A DNA stretch of 64,000 nucleotides from an uncultured Candidatus Rokubacteria bacterium. Its GTDB lineage: Bacteria; Methylomirabilota; Methylomirabilia; Rokubacteriales; DASRDR01. The translations under genes were made by a program, and so were the position numbers. Each line of letters begins with the position of its first letter. The stretch's first letter is position 1. The notes beneath the pieces are model-generated. The model had not been told where the DNA came from. It saw only the letters and a list, made by a program, of their open reading frames with translations, and ran no database searches. Shown in pieces: positions 1 through 8,979 of the stretch. Location: positions 96,001-160,000 of the forward strand of contig CAVPSB010000019.1 of the NCBI GenBank assembly GCA_963708025.1, given 5' to 3'.

Positions 1-268
1 CCGTCACGCCGCGCTCCCGGAGAAGCGCGGTCGATCGCTCCAGATCGGCTTCGACGACGACGAACGCGAGGTGCTGGGTCGGCCAGTCGGTCCGGTCCTC
101 CTGGAGCACGATCATCCCGGCCTGGCCTCCCGCCCGGAGGAACAGCCACTTCCGCTTCTCGTCGCGCAGGCCCACCGCCAGGCCGAGGACGTCACGGTAG
201 AAGGCCTCGGCCGTCGGGAGATGCTTCACCCGGATCGCGACCTCGTAGAGACCACGAATCGGGATCAT
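1..268 (-). CDS. VOC/glyoxalase family protein (3' end runs off the window)
   Basis: Manual translation MIPIRGLYEVAIRVKHLPTAEAFYRDVLGL...QHLAFVV...LRERGV; typical VOC motifs; not in the ORF track because it is truncated. Confidence 0.8.
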   Translation of the reverse strand, partial: MIPIRGLYEVAIRVKHLPTAEAFYRDVLGLAVGLRDEKRKWLFLRAGGQAGMIVLQEDRTDWPTQHLAFVVVEADLERSTALLRERGVT

Positions 269-276
269 CGGACCCG

Positions 277-1380
277 TCACCGTGGGCCCCAGACCTTGCG
301 GGCCGTGTCCACCACCAGCTCCAGCTTGCGCCACTGCTCGTCGTGCGACAGCAGGTTGCCGGCCGCCACCGAGGCGAAGCCGCACTGCGGGCTCAGGGCC
401 AGGTCCTCCAGCGGCACGTGGCGAGCCGCCTCGTCGATGCGCCGCCGCAGCTCGTCCTGGGGCTCGAGCCGGGGCTCCTTGGTGGTGACCAGGCCCAGCA
501 CGACCGTCTTGCCCCGCGGCACCAGCCGCAACGGCTCGAACCCGCCCGCGCGCTCGCTGTCGTACTCGAGCAGGAAGGCGTCGACGTCCAGCGTCCCGAA
601 GAGCCGGTCGGCGACGGCGTCGTAGGCTCCCTCGGTGTACCAGCGGCTCCGGTTGTTCCCGCGGCAGACGTGGAGCGCCCGCGTGAGGCTGCCGCGCCCC
701 GCGGTCCCGAAGACCGCGTTGTCCCCGGCGATCGCCTCGTCGAGCGCCCGGTCCGGATCGACGCCGGCCTGCCGCATCCGCTCGCGCGCCCGGGGGTCCA
801 GGTAGTGCGAGTAGTACGGCGCGTCGAGCTGGACGTACGCCACGCCCTCGTCGGCGAGCCACTCGATCTCGTCGCGGACGATCGCCACGAGGTCCGCGAG
901 CAGCTCGCCGCGGGTCGGGTAGACGCGGTCGGTGACCCCGGCCTTGTAGCTGGACACCAGGAAGTTTGACGGCGCCGGCAGCGTGACCTTGAACGGCCCC
1001 CGCGCGTGCGCTTTCAGAAAGGGCAGCTCGTGGCCCACCAGTCGCCGGAGCTTCCGCAGCCGGGCGCCGGCCACCTGGGCCGTGCTCGCCTCCACGCCGC
1101 CGCCCGGCCCCCGCCACTCGAACGGCACCCGATCGGGGACGAAGCCCTCCACGGCCTCCGCCATGTCGGTGAGCCACGAGCCGCGACGCATCTCGCCGTC
1201 CGTGTCGACGTCGATCCCCACCCGGCGCTGCCGCTCGAGGGCGTCGAGGATGGCGCGGTCCTCCGCCGCGCGCAGCTCATCCAGCGTGAGCCGGCCCTCG
1301 GCGTGAAGGGCCCGGGCCTTCAGCAGTTCGGGCGGCCGCAGCAAGCTGCCCACCTGCTCGGCGCGATACCGGGTGGCCAT
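277..1380 (-). CDS. Cobalamin-independent methionine synthase II-like (MetE C-terminal domain only) protein
   Basis: AEQVGSLLRP, TDGEMRR, zinc ligands HVCRGN...EYD...SPQCGF. Confidence 0.9.
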   Translation of the reverse strand: MATRYRAEQVGSLLRPPELLKARALHAEGRLTLDELRAAEDRAILDALERQRRVGIDVDTDGEMRRGSWLTDMAEAVEGFVPDRVPFEWRGPGGGVEASTAQVAGARLRKLRRLVGHELPFLKAHARGPFKVTLPAPSNFLVSSYKAGVTDRVYPTRGELLADLVAIVRDEIEWLADEGVAYVQLDAPYYSHYLDPRARERMRQAGVDPDRALDEAIAGDNAVFGTAGRGSLTRALHVCRGNNRSRWYTEGAYDAVADRLFGTLDVDAFLLEYDSERAGGFEPLRLVPRGKTVVLGLVTTKEPRLEPQDELRRRIDEAARHVPLEDLALSPQCGFASVAAGNLLSHDEQWRKLELVVDTARKVWGPR

Positions 1381-1387
1381 GGACGCT

Positions 1388-1473
1388 ACCGTAACGAAGC
1401 GGCCGAAGGGGCGTCAAGGGGGCTCATCGGCGGGGCGACCTCGGTTGACAGGATGGGATTCTCCCGCTACTAA
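1388..1473. promoter_or_regulatory. Divergent sigma70-like promoters
   Basis: Minus: TTGACG(1417-1412)-N18-TACGGT(1393-1388). Plus: TTGACA(1445-1450)-N17-TACTAA(1468-1473). Confidence 0.45.
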
Positions 1474-1480
1474 AGGGTTC

Positions 1481-2470
1481 ATGCACAAGCTGCCCCTGAC
1501 CCTCGCCATCAGCGACTACGACCAGGTCCGCGACCTGACCTCGGGCGCGATCGCGCCGGAGGGGATCGAGCTGACCTGGCTCAACCTGACGATCGAGGAG
1601 ATCTTCTACCGCTTCGTGAGCTTTCAGGAGTGGCACGTCTCGGAGCTGTCGATGGCCAAGTACGTCTCGCTGGTCTCCCAGGGCGGCGGCTCGCTGGCGG
1701 CCATTCCGGTCTTCCCGTCACGGATCTTCCGGCACTCGGCGATCTACGTCCGTCGCGACGGCGGGCTGCGCGAGCCGACCGACCTCGCCGGCCGCCGGGT
1801 CGGGGTGCCCGAATGGGCGCAGACGGCCGGCATCTACGTCCGGGGAGCCCTGGTGCACCAGTACGGGGTCCGCCTCGAGGACATCGACTGGTACCAGGCC
1901 GGCGTCAACCAGCCGGGCCGCGAGGAGAAGGTCGCTCTCGAGCTGCCGCCGGGCGTGCGGCTCACCTCGGTGCCCGACCGCACCCTCGACGAGATGCTTC
2001 TCTCCGGCGAGCTGGCCGCGATCATCACCGCGCACCCGCCGACGAGCTTCAAGGCCCGGCACCCGGACATCACCCAGCTCTTCCCGGACGTCATCGCGGT
2101 CGAGGAGGCGTACTGGCGGGCCACCGGCATCTTCCCGATCATGCACGTGGTGGCCATCCGGCGGGACGTGCTGGCCGCGCACCCCTGGGTGGCCATGAAC
2201 CTCTACCGGGCGTTCGAGGAGGCGAAGCGTCGGAGCCTCGCCCGGGCCCTCGACTGGAGCGCGCCGCGGTTCCCGGTCCCCTGGGTGAGCGAGCGCGCGG
2301 CGCGGGCCCGCGCGCTGTTCGGCGAGGACTTCTGGCCGTACGGGGTGGACGCCAACCGGCCGACGCTGGAGGCCTTCCTCGGGTTCGCCTACGAGCAGGG
2401 CGTCACCCACCGGCCGGTCGGCGTGGACGAGATGTTCCCGCCCGAGGTGCAGCGCACCTTCCGCGTATAG
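1481..2470 (+). CDS. 4,5-dihydroxyphthalate decarboxylase-like / PBP2-fold protein
   Basis: LTLAISDYD, EIFYRF, SELSM, IPVFPSRIFRHS, GVPEWAQTA, GIFPIMH, DFWPYGV motifs; ATG at 1481. Confidence 0.8.
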   Translation: MHKLPLTLAISDYDQVRDLTSGAIAPEGIELTWLNLTIEEIFYRFVSFQEWHVSELSMAKYVSLVSQGGGSLAAIPVFPSRIFRHSAIYVRRDGGLREPTDLAGRRVGVPEWAQTAGIYVRGALVHQYGVRLEDIDWYQAGVNQPGREEKVALELPPGVRLTSVPDRTLDEMLLSGELAAIITAHPPTSFKARHPDITQLFPDVIAVEEAYWRATGIFPIMHVVAIRRDVLAAHPWVAMNLYRAFEEAKRRSLARALDWSAPRFPVPWVSERAARARALFGEDFWPYGVDANRPTLEAFLGFAYEQGVTHRPVGVDEMFPPEVQRTFRV

Positions 2471-2473
2471 ATC

Positions 2474-2542
2474 CTTCGGGGGGGTCTCGGAAGACCCCCC
2501 CGATTCCCCCCCTCGGTTACGGCGGCGGAGCCGCTGCTCGGA
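2474..2542 (+). repeat. Palindromic repeat family A, copy 1
   Basis: GGGGGGG-TCTCGGAAGA-CCCCCCC hairpin + GATTCCCCCCCTCGG; matches 20961-21055 and (reverse) 35541-35618. Confidence 0.8.
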
Positions 2543-2614
2543 CGCTCACGTTGTACGGCCTGCGATTACGGCATACTCGGACGGACTCTTCGGCTAGCTC
2601 GCAGCTTCAAGGCC

Positions 2615-3154
2615 TCACTCGCAGGTGGTGTAGAGGTACCGCCCCGACGGATGCGTCTCGCAGACTATCCGGGGTCGTCGGAGCGGCGGCGGGTAGGCTG
2701 GGTAGCGGGGTTGGAAGCTGTTGACGATGCGGTCCCACAGCGCTTGCTCGGCCTCGGGACTGTCGAGGCCCACCTGGAGCCCGAGGCGCCGGGTCTCCAC
2801 GCTCAGATAAGCCTGGAACTGCTCGATGAAGGACGCCGCCTCCGCCTTCGTCAGCTCGCCGCGGTCCACCCGGCGATAGGCGGCGACGGCGTACGAGTAG
2901 ACCGTGTCCCGAGGCCGGCTCGACCGCCCGTACTTGCGATCGACCTCTCGAACACGCTCCTGACATTCGGCGAACGCGGCAGCCAGCTGGCCGGTCGGGG
3001 CCGCGATCGTCTTGCACCACCGGTTGAACGTCTCGTCACGCTCTTGCTGCCAGAGCTGCGACGAGCTCGGGGCGCAGGCGGCGAGGGACACCGCGACGAG
3101 CCCGATCAGAGGCCACTTCGAGAGCACGGGGATCTTCGTCGCCGCCGCTGGCAT
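2615..3154 (-). CDS. Hypothetical lipoprotein
   Basis: Probable start MPAAATKIP; hydrophobic stretch followed by lipobox LAAC. Confidence 0.6.
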   Translation of the reverse strand: MPAAATKIPVLSKWPLIGLVAVSLAACAPSSSQLWQQERDETFNRWCKTIAAPTGQLAAAFAECQERVREVDRKYGRSSRPRDTVYSYAVAAYRRVDRGELTKAEAASFIEQFQAYLSVETRRLGLQVGLDSPEAEQALWDRIVNSFQPRYPAYPPPLRRPRIVCETHPSGRYLYTTCE

Positions 3155-3236
3155 TCCCCGGCGATGCCGGAGGCGTGGGCCCGTCAGGTCGTGGATCTCG
3201 ACATCCGGGACGTCGGGAGTGCCGGCGCGGGTCGAG

Positions 3237-6200
3237 TCATCGCACCTCGAGCTCGGACGGGGCGCCCCGCGGCGGGTCGCCGTCCGCGCCGGGCGTGACG
3301 AGGACGGGTCCGTTGTGTGGACCGCCGGCGCCGTGCAGAGCGACCGCCGCGGCGCCGGGCCGGCCGTCGGCCGGCCGCAGCCCGGCGGCGACCCGCCGGC
3401 CGCCACGCGCCAGTCTCCGCCAGCGGAGCAGCCCGAAGAGGTCATCGAAGAGCATGTAGGCCACCGGCGTGACCAGCAGGGTCAGCAGCAGCGAGAGGGT
3501 CTGGCCGCCGATGACCACCACCGCGATGGCCCGCCGCTCCTCGGCGCCGGGGCCGGTCCCGAGCCAGAGCGGCAGCATGCCCCCGACCAGCGCCAGCGTC
3601 GTCATGAGGATCGGCCGCAGCCGGTTCCGGTTGCCGAGCAGGATGGCGGTGTGCCGGTCGATACCCGGCCGTCCGCAGCGTGTTCATGTGGTCGATCTGG
3701 AGGATCGCGTTCTTCTTGACGACGCCGAACAGGACGAGGATGCCGAGAGCCGAGTAGAGGTTGAGCGTGTTCCCCGTGGACCACAGCGAGAGCAGCGCGA
3801 ACGGCGTCGCCAGCGGGAGCGAGAGCAGGATGGTCAACGGGTGGACGAGGCTCTCGAACTGGGACGCCAGGATCATGTACATGAAGATGACCGCCAGCAT
3901 GAAGACCCACAGGAACTCCACGAACGTCTTCTCGAACTCCCGCGCCCGCCCCGAGACGACCGTGGTGTAGCCGGCGGGGAGGTTCAGCTCGGCGGTGGCC
4001 CGGCGCAGCGCGTCGATCCGGTCGGCCTGCCCGAAGCCGGGGGCGATGACCCCGCGCAGCCGGTTCTCCCGCTGGCGCTCCGAGCGATCGATCCGGGACG
4101 CCGTCTCGGCCGGCGCGATCTTGACGACGTTGTCGAGGCGGACGAGCCCGCCCCCGGGCGCCAGCCCGACCTGGGCGGCGGCGCCGAGCGAGGTGCTCGC
4201 GGCGGTGGAGGAGCGGGAGACGTAGAGCCGCTCGATGGTCCGCGGGTCGCGCCGGTCGGCCTCGCTCAGGCGGAGCTGGACGTCGTAGTCCTCGTTGACG
4301 TACGGGTCGTGGAAGCGGGAGACTTCCTGGTCGCCGCCCACCATCAGCCGCAGGGCGGTGGCGATCTGCTCGGTGTCCACGCGGAGGTCGCCGGCGCGCT
4401 CCCGGTCGATCTGCACCCGCAGCTCGGGCCGGTCCAGGCGGAGCGTCGTGGTGAGGTCGAGCATGCCGCCGATCTGCTGGGCGCGCTGGCGGAGCTGCTC
4501 GCCGTACCGCGCGAGGGCGGCGCAGGTCGGGTCCGCGCAGCACGTAGTCGATGTCGAAGTTGCCGCCGCCGATGTTGAAGCCGGCGATGTTGCGGATGGT
4601 GATGCGCAGGTCGCGGAACTTCCGGAGGCGCTGCCGGACCTCCTGCATCACCTCCCGCTGCGTGTAGTTCCCGCGGAAGGCGGCCAGCGGCTCGCCCCGC
4701 TGGAGCCCGTCCCACAGGCGGGTCAGCGTGACGGTGCGCTCGCCGTGGGGGGCGATCCGCACGTACCCGCCGCCCTGGTTGACGCGCCCGAGGAAGTTGC
4801 CGCCGGCGGTCAGCAGCACCAGCCGCACGCCGGGGACGGCCCGGATCTCCCGGTCCATGGCCTGCACCGCCTCGTCCATGGCCGCCAGGCTCATGCCCTC
4901 CGGGCCCTCGTAGAACATCTCGAACTCGGCCTCGTCCACGTCGGTCGGCACGTACTCCCGCTTGACCATCTGGAAGAGCGGCACCGACGAGGCGATCACG
5001 GCCACCGCGACGACCAGCACGACCACGCGGCCGGTCGGGGTGATCGCGCCCCGGAGCAGCCACGTGTAGAACCGGTCGATCCAGGCGTAGAAGCCCCGGC
5101 GCGAGCGGGCGGCCTCGTGCTCGCCGGCCGCCTCCTCGGCGCGCAGGAGGCGGGCGCTCATCATCGGCGTCAGCGTGAACGAGACCAGGAGGCTCACCAG
5201 GACGGCCACGGCGGCGGTGAGGCCGAACTGGTAGAGGAACCGGCCGGAGACGAGGACATGAAGGACACCGGCACGAAGATGACCACCAGGCGAGAACGTG
5301 GTGGCCATCACCGCGAGGCCGATGTCGGCGGTGGCCTCCCGCGCCGCCTCGAACGGCCCCATCTGCTTCTCCTCGACGAAGCGGAAGATGTTCTCGAGCA
5401 CCACGATGGCGTCGTCGATCACGATGCCGACCATGAGCACCAGGGCCAGCATGGTGACGCTGTTCAGCGTGAAGCCGAGCGCCCACATCATCCCGAAGGT
5501 CGAGATGACCGAGGCCGGGATGGCCACCGCGGCGATCAGCGTCGAGCGCCAGCTGCGCATGAACGCCAGCACCACCAGCGAGGCCAGGATGCTGCCCAGC
5601 ACCAGGTGGAGGTTGATCTCGTGGAGGGCCGCGTAGATGTAGCGCGACTGGTCGCGGATGATCTCCGCCCGCACGTCGGCCGGCAGGGTGAGTCTCAGCC
5701 GGGCCAGGTTCGCCTTGACCGCCTCGATCACCGCCACCGTGTTCTCGCCGGACTGGCGCCGGACCTCGAGGATCACGGTGGGCACGCCGTTCACGCGCAC
5801 CGCCGAGCGCTGCTCCTTGGTGCCGTCCTCGGCGCACCCGATGTCGCGGACGCGGATCGGCGCCCCGTTGATGGTGGCGACCACCAGGTCGTTGAAGGAG
5901 CGCGGGTCGACCACGCGCCCCATCGTCCGCAGCGACTGCTCGCGCGAGCCGGCGGTCACGTTGCCGCCGGGGAGGTCGGCGTTCTGGCGGACGATGGCCT
6001 CGCGGACGGCCGTGATCGGGATCTGGTAGGCGGCCAGCCGGTCGGCCTCGACCCAGATGTTGACGGCGCGCAAGAGGCCCCCGATCAGCCGCACCTCGCC
6101 GACGCCGAGCGCGCGCTCGAGGTCGACCTTCACCTTCTTGTCGGCGATCTCGGTCAGCTCGCGGAGGCTCCGGTTGCCGGACACGCGCCAGCGTCAGGAT

Positions 6201-6614
6201 CGGGGCCTGGTCGTTGTCGAGCTTGGAGATGATCGGGGCCCGGACGTCCCGGGGCAGGTTGCGGACCGCGATGGCGACCTTCTCGCGGACGTCCTGGGCC
6301 GCGGTGTCGACGTGGCCGGCTGAGCGCGAAGGTGACGCTGACGTTGCGGTGCCGGGGCCGGTGAGCGAGCGGAGCTCGTTGATGCCCTGGACGGTGTTGA
6401 CGGCCTCCTCGATCTTCTGGGTGACCTGGGTCTCCATCTCCTCGACGGAGGCGCCGGGGAGCTCGGTGCGGACCGACACGGTCGGCAGGTCGACGGACGG
6501 GAAGCGGTCGACGCCGAGGCGGAAGTAGCTGGCGGTGCCCACCACCACCAGCGCCATGACGATCATCGTGGCGAAGACCGGCCGGCGGATGCAGACCTCG
6601 GCGAGCTTCTGCAC
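3237..6614 (-). CDS. RND efflux permease (AcrB/HAE1 family), broken by several frameshifts
   Basis: [58 protein letters not shown] spread over ORFs 4344-6827, 3602-6184, 3442-4464 and 3237-3605. Confidence 0.85.
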
Positions 6615-7888
6615 TACTTCTCCAGAGCGACGGGCAGGCCGCCCGTGAGGTTGCCCGGCTGGACGACGACAGGCTCGCCGGCCTTCAGGCCCGGTGAGGA
6701 TCTCGACCCGGTCCCCGAGGCGCCGGCCGGTGGTGACCCGCAGCTCCGCGCTCTTGCCCTCCCGCACGACGAACACCTTCTCCACCCCGGCGAAGGTGAC
6801 GACGGCGGTGGCGGGCACCGTCACCACCCGGTCGTCCTCCCGGACGAGGACCTCCGCCTTCGCGAAGGCGCCGGGCCGCAGCGACCCCCGGTCGGTTGGG
6901 GACCTCGGCCTCGATGAGGAGGGTCCGGTTCTGCTCGGTGATCGCCGGCGACAGGCGCGCGACGGTCCCCGGGTAGACCGTCTGGTCGCCCTCGATGGTG
7001 ATCCGCACCGGCTGCCCGACGCGGACGCTCGTCGACTCGCGCTCCGGCACCGAGAACCGGAGCCGGAGCGGATGCAGCCGCACGAGCGTCACCACCGGCG
7101 CCCCGGCCGCCAGGTACTCGCCCACCGACGCATGGCGCTGGGCCACCGCGCCGTCGATGGGCGAGGCCAGCACGGTGTCGGCGAGCTGCTGGCGCGCGAG
7201 GTCGACCTCGGAGCGCCGCTGGGCCAGGACGGCCCGGCGGTTGTGCACTTCCTCGATCGCGTCCTGGTAGCGTCCCTCGGCCACCTCGTAGGCGGCCACC
7301 GCGGAGTCGACCTGGGACCGCGCCACGAGCTCCTGCTTCCAGAGCTGGGCCGTCCGGTCGCGGTTCAGCCGGGCCTCGTCGAGCACCGCCTTCGCCTGGC
7401 GCACCACCGCGGTCTCGGTCGGGATCCACGCGGTCGTCGGCCCCGTCGGGCGTCATCCCGAGGCGCGCGCGCGCCTGCTGGAGCGCGGCGATCGCCTGGT
7501 CCAGCCGATGCCGGTAGTCGGTCGGGTCGATGCGCGCCACCGGCTGCCCCTTGCGGACCGGGCTGCCGAGGTCAACGGAGATCTCCGACAGCCGGCCCAC
7601 GACCTTGGCGCCGAGCACCATCTGCTCGTCGGCGGCCAGCGTGCCGGTGGCGACCACGGTGCGCGCGACCGAAGCCTCCGTGGCCGGGGCGACGCGAACC
7701 GTGCGCGCGGCGGGCGCCGTGGCGGCGGGTTTCTGGGGCGCGGCCGTGGCCGGGGTCTCGCGCTGGCAGCCGGTCGCCAGCACGCCCGCGGCCGTGAGGC
7801 CACACAGCGCGCGCAGGAGGCTCCCGCGCCCGCCGCCGGGCTTCGGGCGGGGAGTGCTCCGGCGGACCTTGGCTCGAGGATCGATCAC
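6614..7888 (-). CDS. RND periplasmic adaptor (membrane fusion protein), frameshifted
   Basis: Lipoprotein-like LATGC, TGTLAADEQ, VDLGSPVRKGQ, LASPIDGAV, VTTGRRLGDRVEIL over several frames; stop overlaps the permease GTG; start approximate. Confidence 0.8.
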
Positions 7889-8171
7889 GTTACAGGTAAA
7901 GGATAGGCCATCCCGTCCGCCTTCGCCAGCCGAATTCCGCGCGCTCGCCGTCCCGCCATCGGCCCCCCCGGCCATCGGGCCCCCCCTGGTCAGGCGACGC
8001 CGGAGGCACTATGCTCGGGGCGAATCCGGCCCACCGCGGGTACGCACGAGGTGGACACGCGCGGCCTGCTGCAGGGGCGCACGTCGGCCCGCGGAACTCG
8101 CGCGGAGGACCGGAGCGTTCCTCCGACGGAGGCGAGAGCCTCGACGCGCTCGGAGAATGGAGGAGAGGAAA

Positions 8172-8708
8172 ATGAAAGCCCGAAGCATCTCGATCTACTG
8201 GGTCGGCTGCGTCCTCGTCCTGGCGGGGCTCCTGGGCTTGCCGACCGTGGGCCTTCCCGACGGCGGTGGGGGCGGCGGCGGTGGTGGCGGCGCCGATCCC
8301 CAGAGCTCGACCGCCCGGGAAGCTCCCGAGTACACGGCCGCGGTCAAGGCGATCAAGGCCGGCGACTTCCGGAAGGCCATCCCCCTGCTCGAGGGCGTGA
8401 CCGCCCGCGAGCCCAAGAACGCCGACGCGTTCAACTGGCTCGCCTACGCGACCCGGCGGAGCGGCGACCCCGTGCGCTCGATTCCGATCTACGAGAAGGC
8501 GCTGGCCATCGATCCCAAGCACAAGGGCGCCCACGAGTACATCGGCGAGGCCTACCTGACGCTCGACAACCTGGGCAAGGCGAAGGAATACCTCGCTCGA
8601 CTCGACAAGCTCTGCTTCTTCTCCTGCTCGGAGTACCGCGACCTCAAGAAGGCCGTGGACGCCTACGAGACGAGCGGGGGCCGGATCAAGCCGACCGCCT
8701 CCCGCTGA
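8172..8708 (+). CDS. Exported tetratricopeptide repeat protein
   Basis: RBS, signal peptide, Gly run, TPR motifs (NADAFNWLAY, YEKALAIDPKHKGAHEYIGEAY). Confidence 0.8.
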   Translation: MKARSISIYWVGCVLVLAGLLGLPTVGLPDGGGGGGGGGGADPQSSTAREAPEYTAAVKAIKAGDFRKAIPLLEGVTAREPKNADAFNWLAYATRRSGDPVRSIPIYEKALAIDPKHKGAHEYIGEAYLTLDNLGKAKEYLARLDKLCFFSCSEYRDLKKAVDAYETSGGRIKPTASR

Positions 8709-8979
8709 CCGCTCCGCACCGAGCGGAACGGCGCCGGGTGCGGCCGTGACGGCCCGCCGGCGCCGTTCCCCGGCCCCCGGCCCCGCCCCGGTGCCCCCAC
8801 CCCCCCGCCCCTGGCGGGGCGAGGCCGGATGGTCTATCCTCGCCGCAGGGTTTGCCGGGGCATCTGGGACCCCGGGCGAGGGGAGACGACCCGAACGGCC
8901 TGCCGGAGCCTGGGAAGCGCGTGAAGCTTGGGGAGAGTCGGCTCGCGCGCCACCGCCCGACGGCACAGGAGGCAACGAC

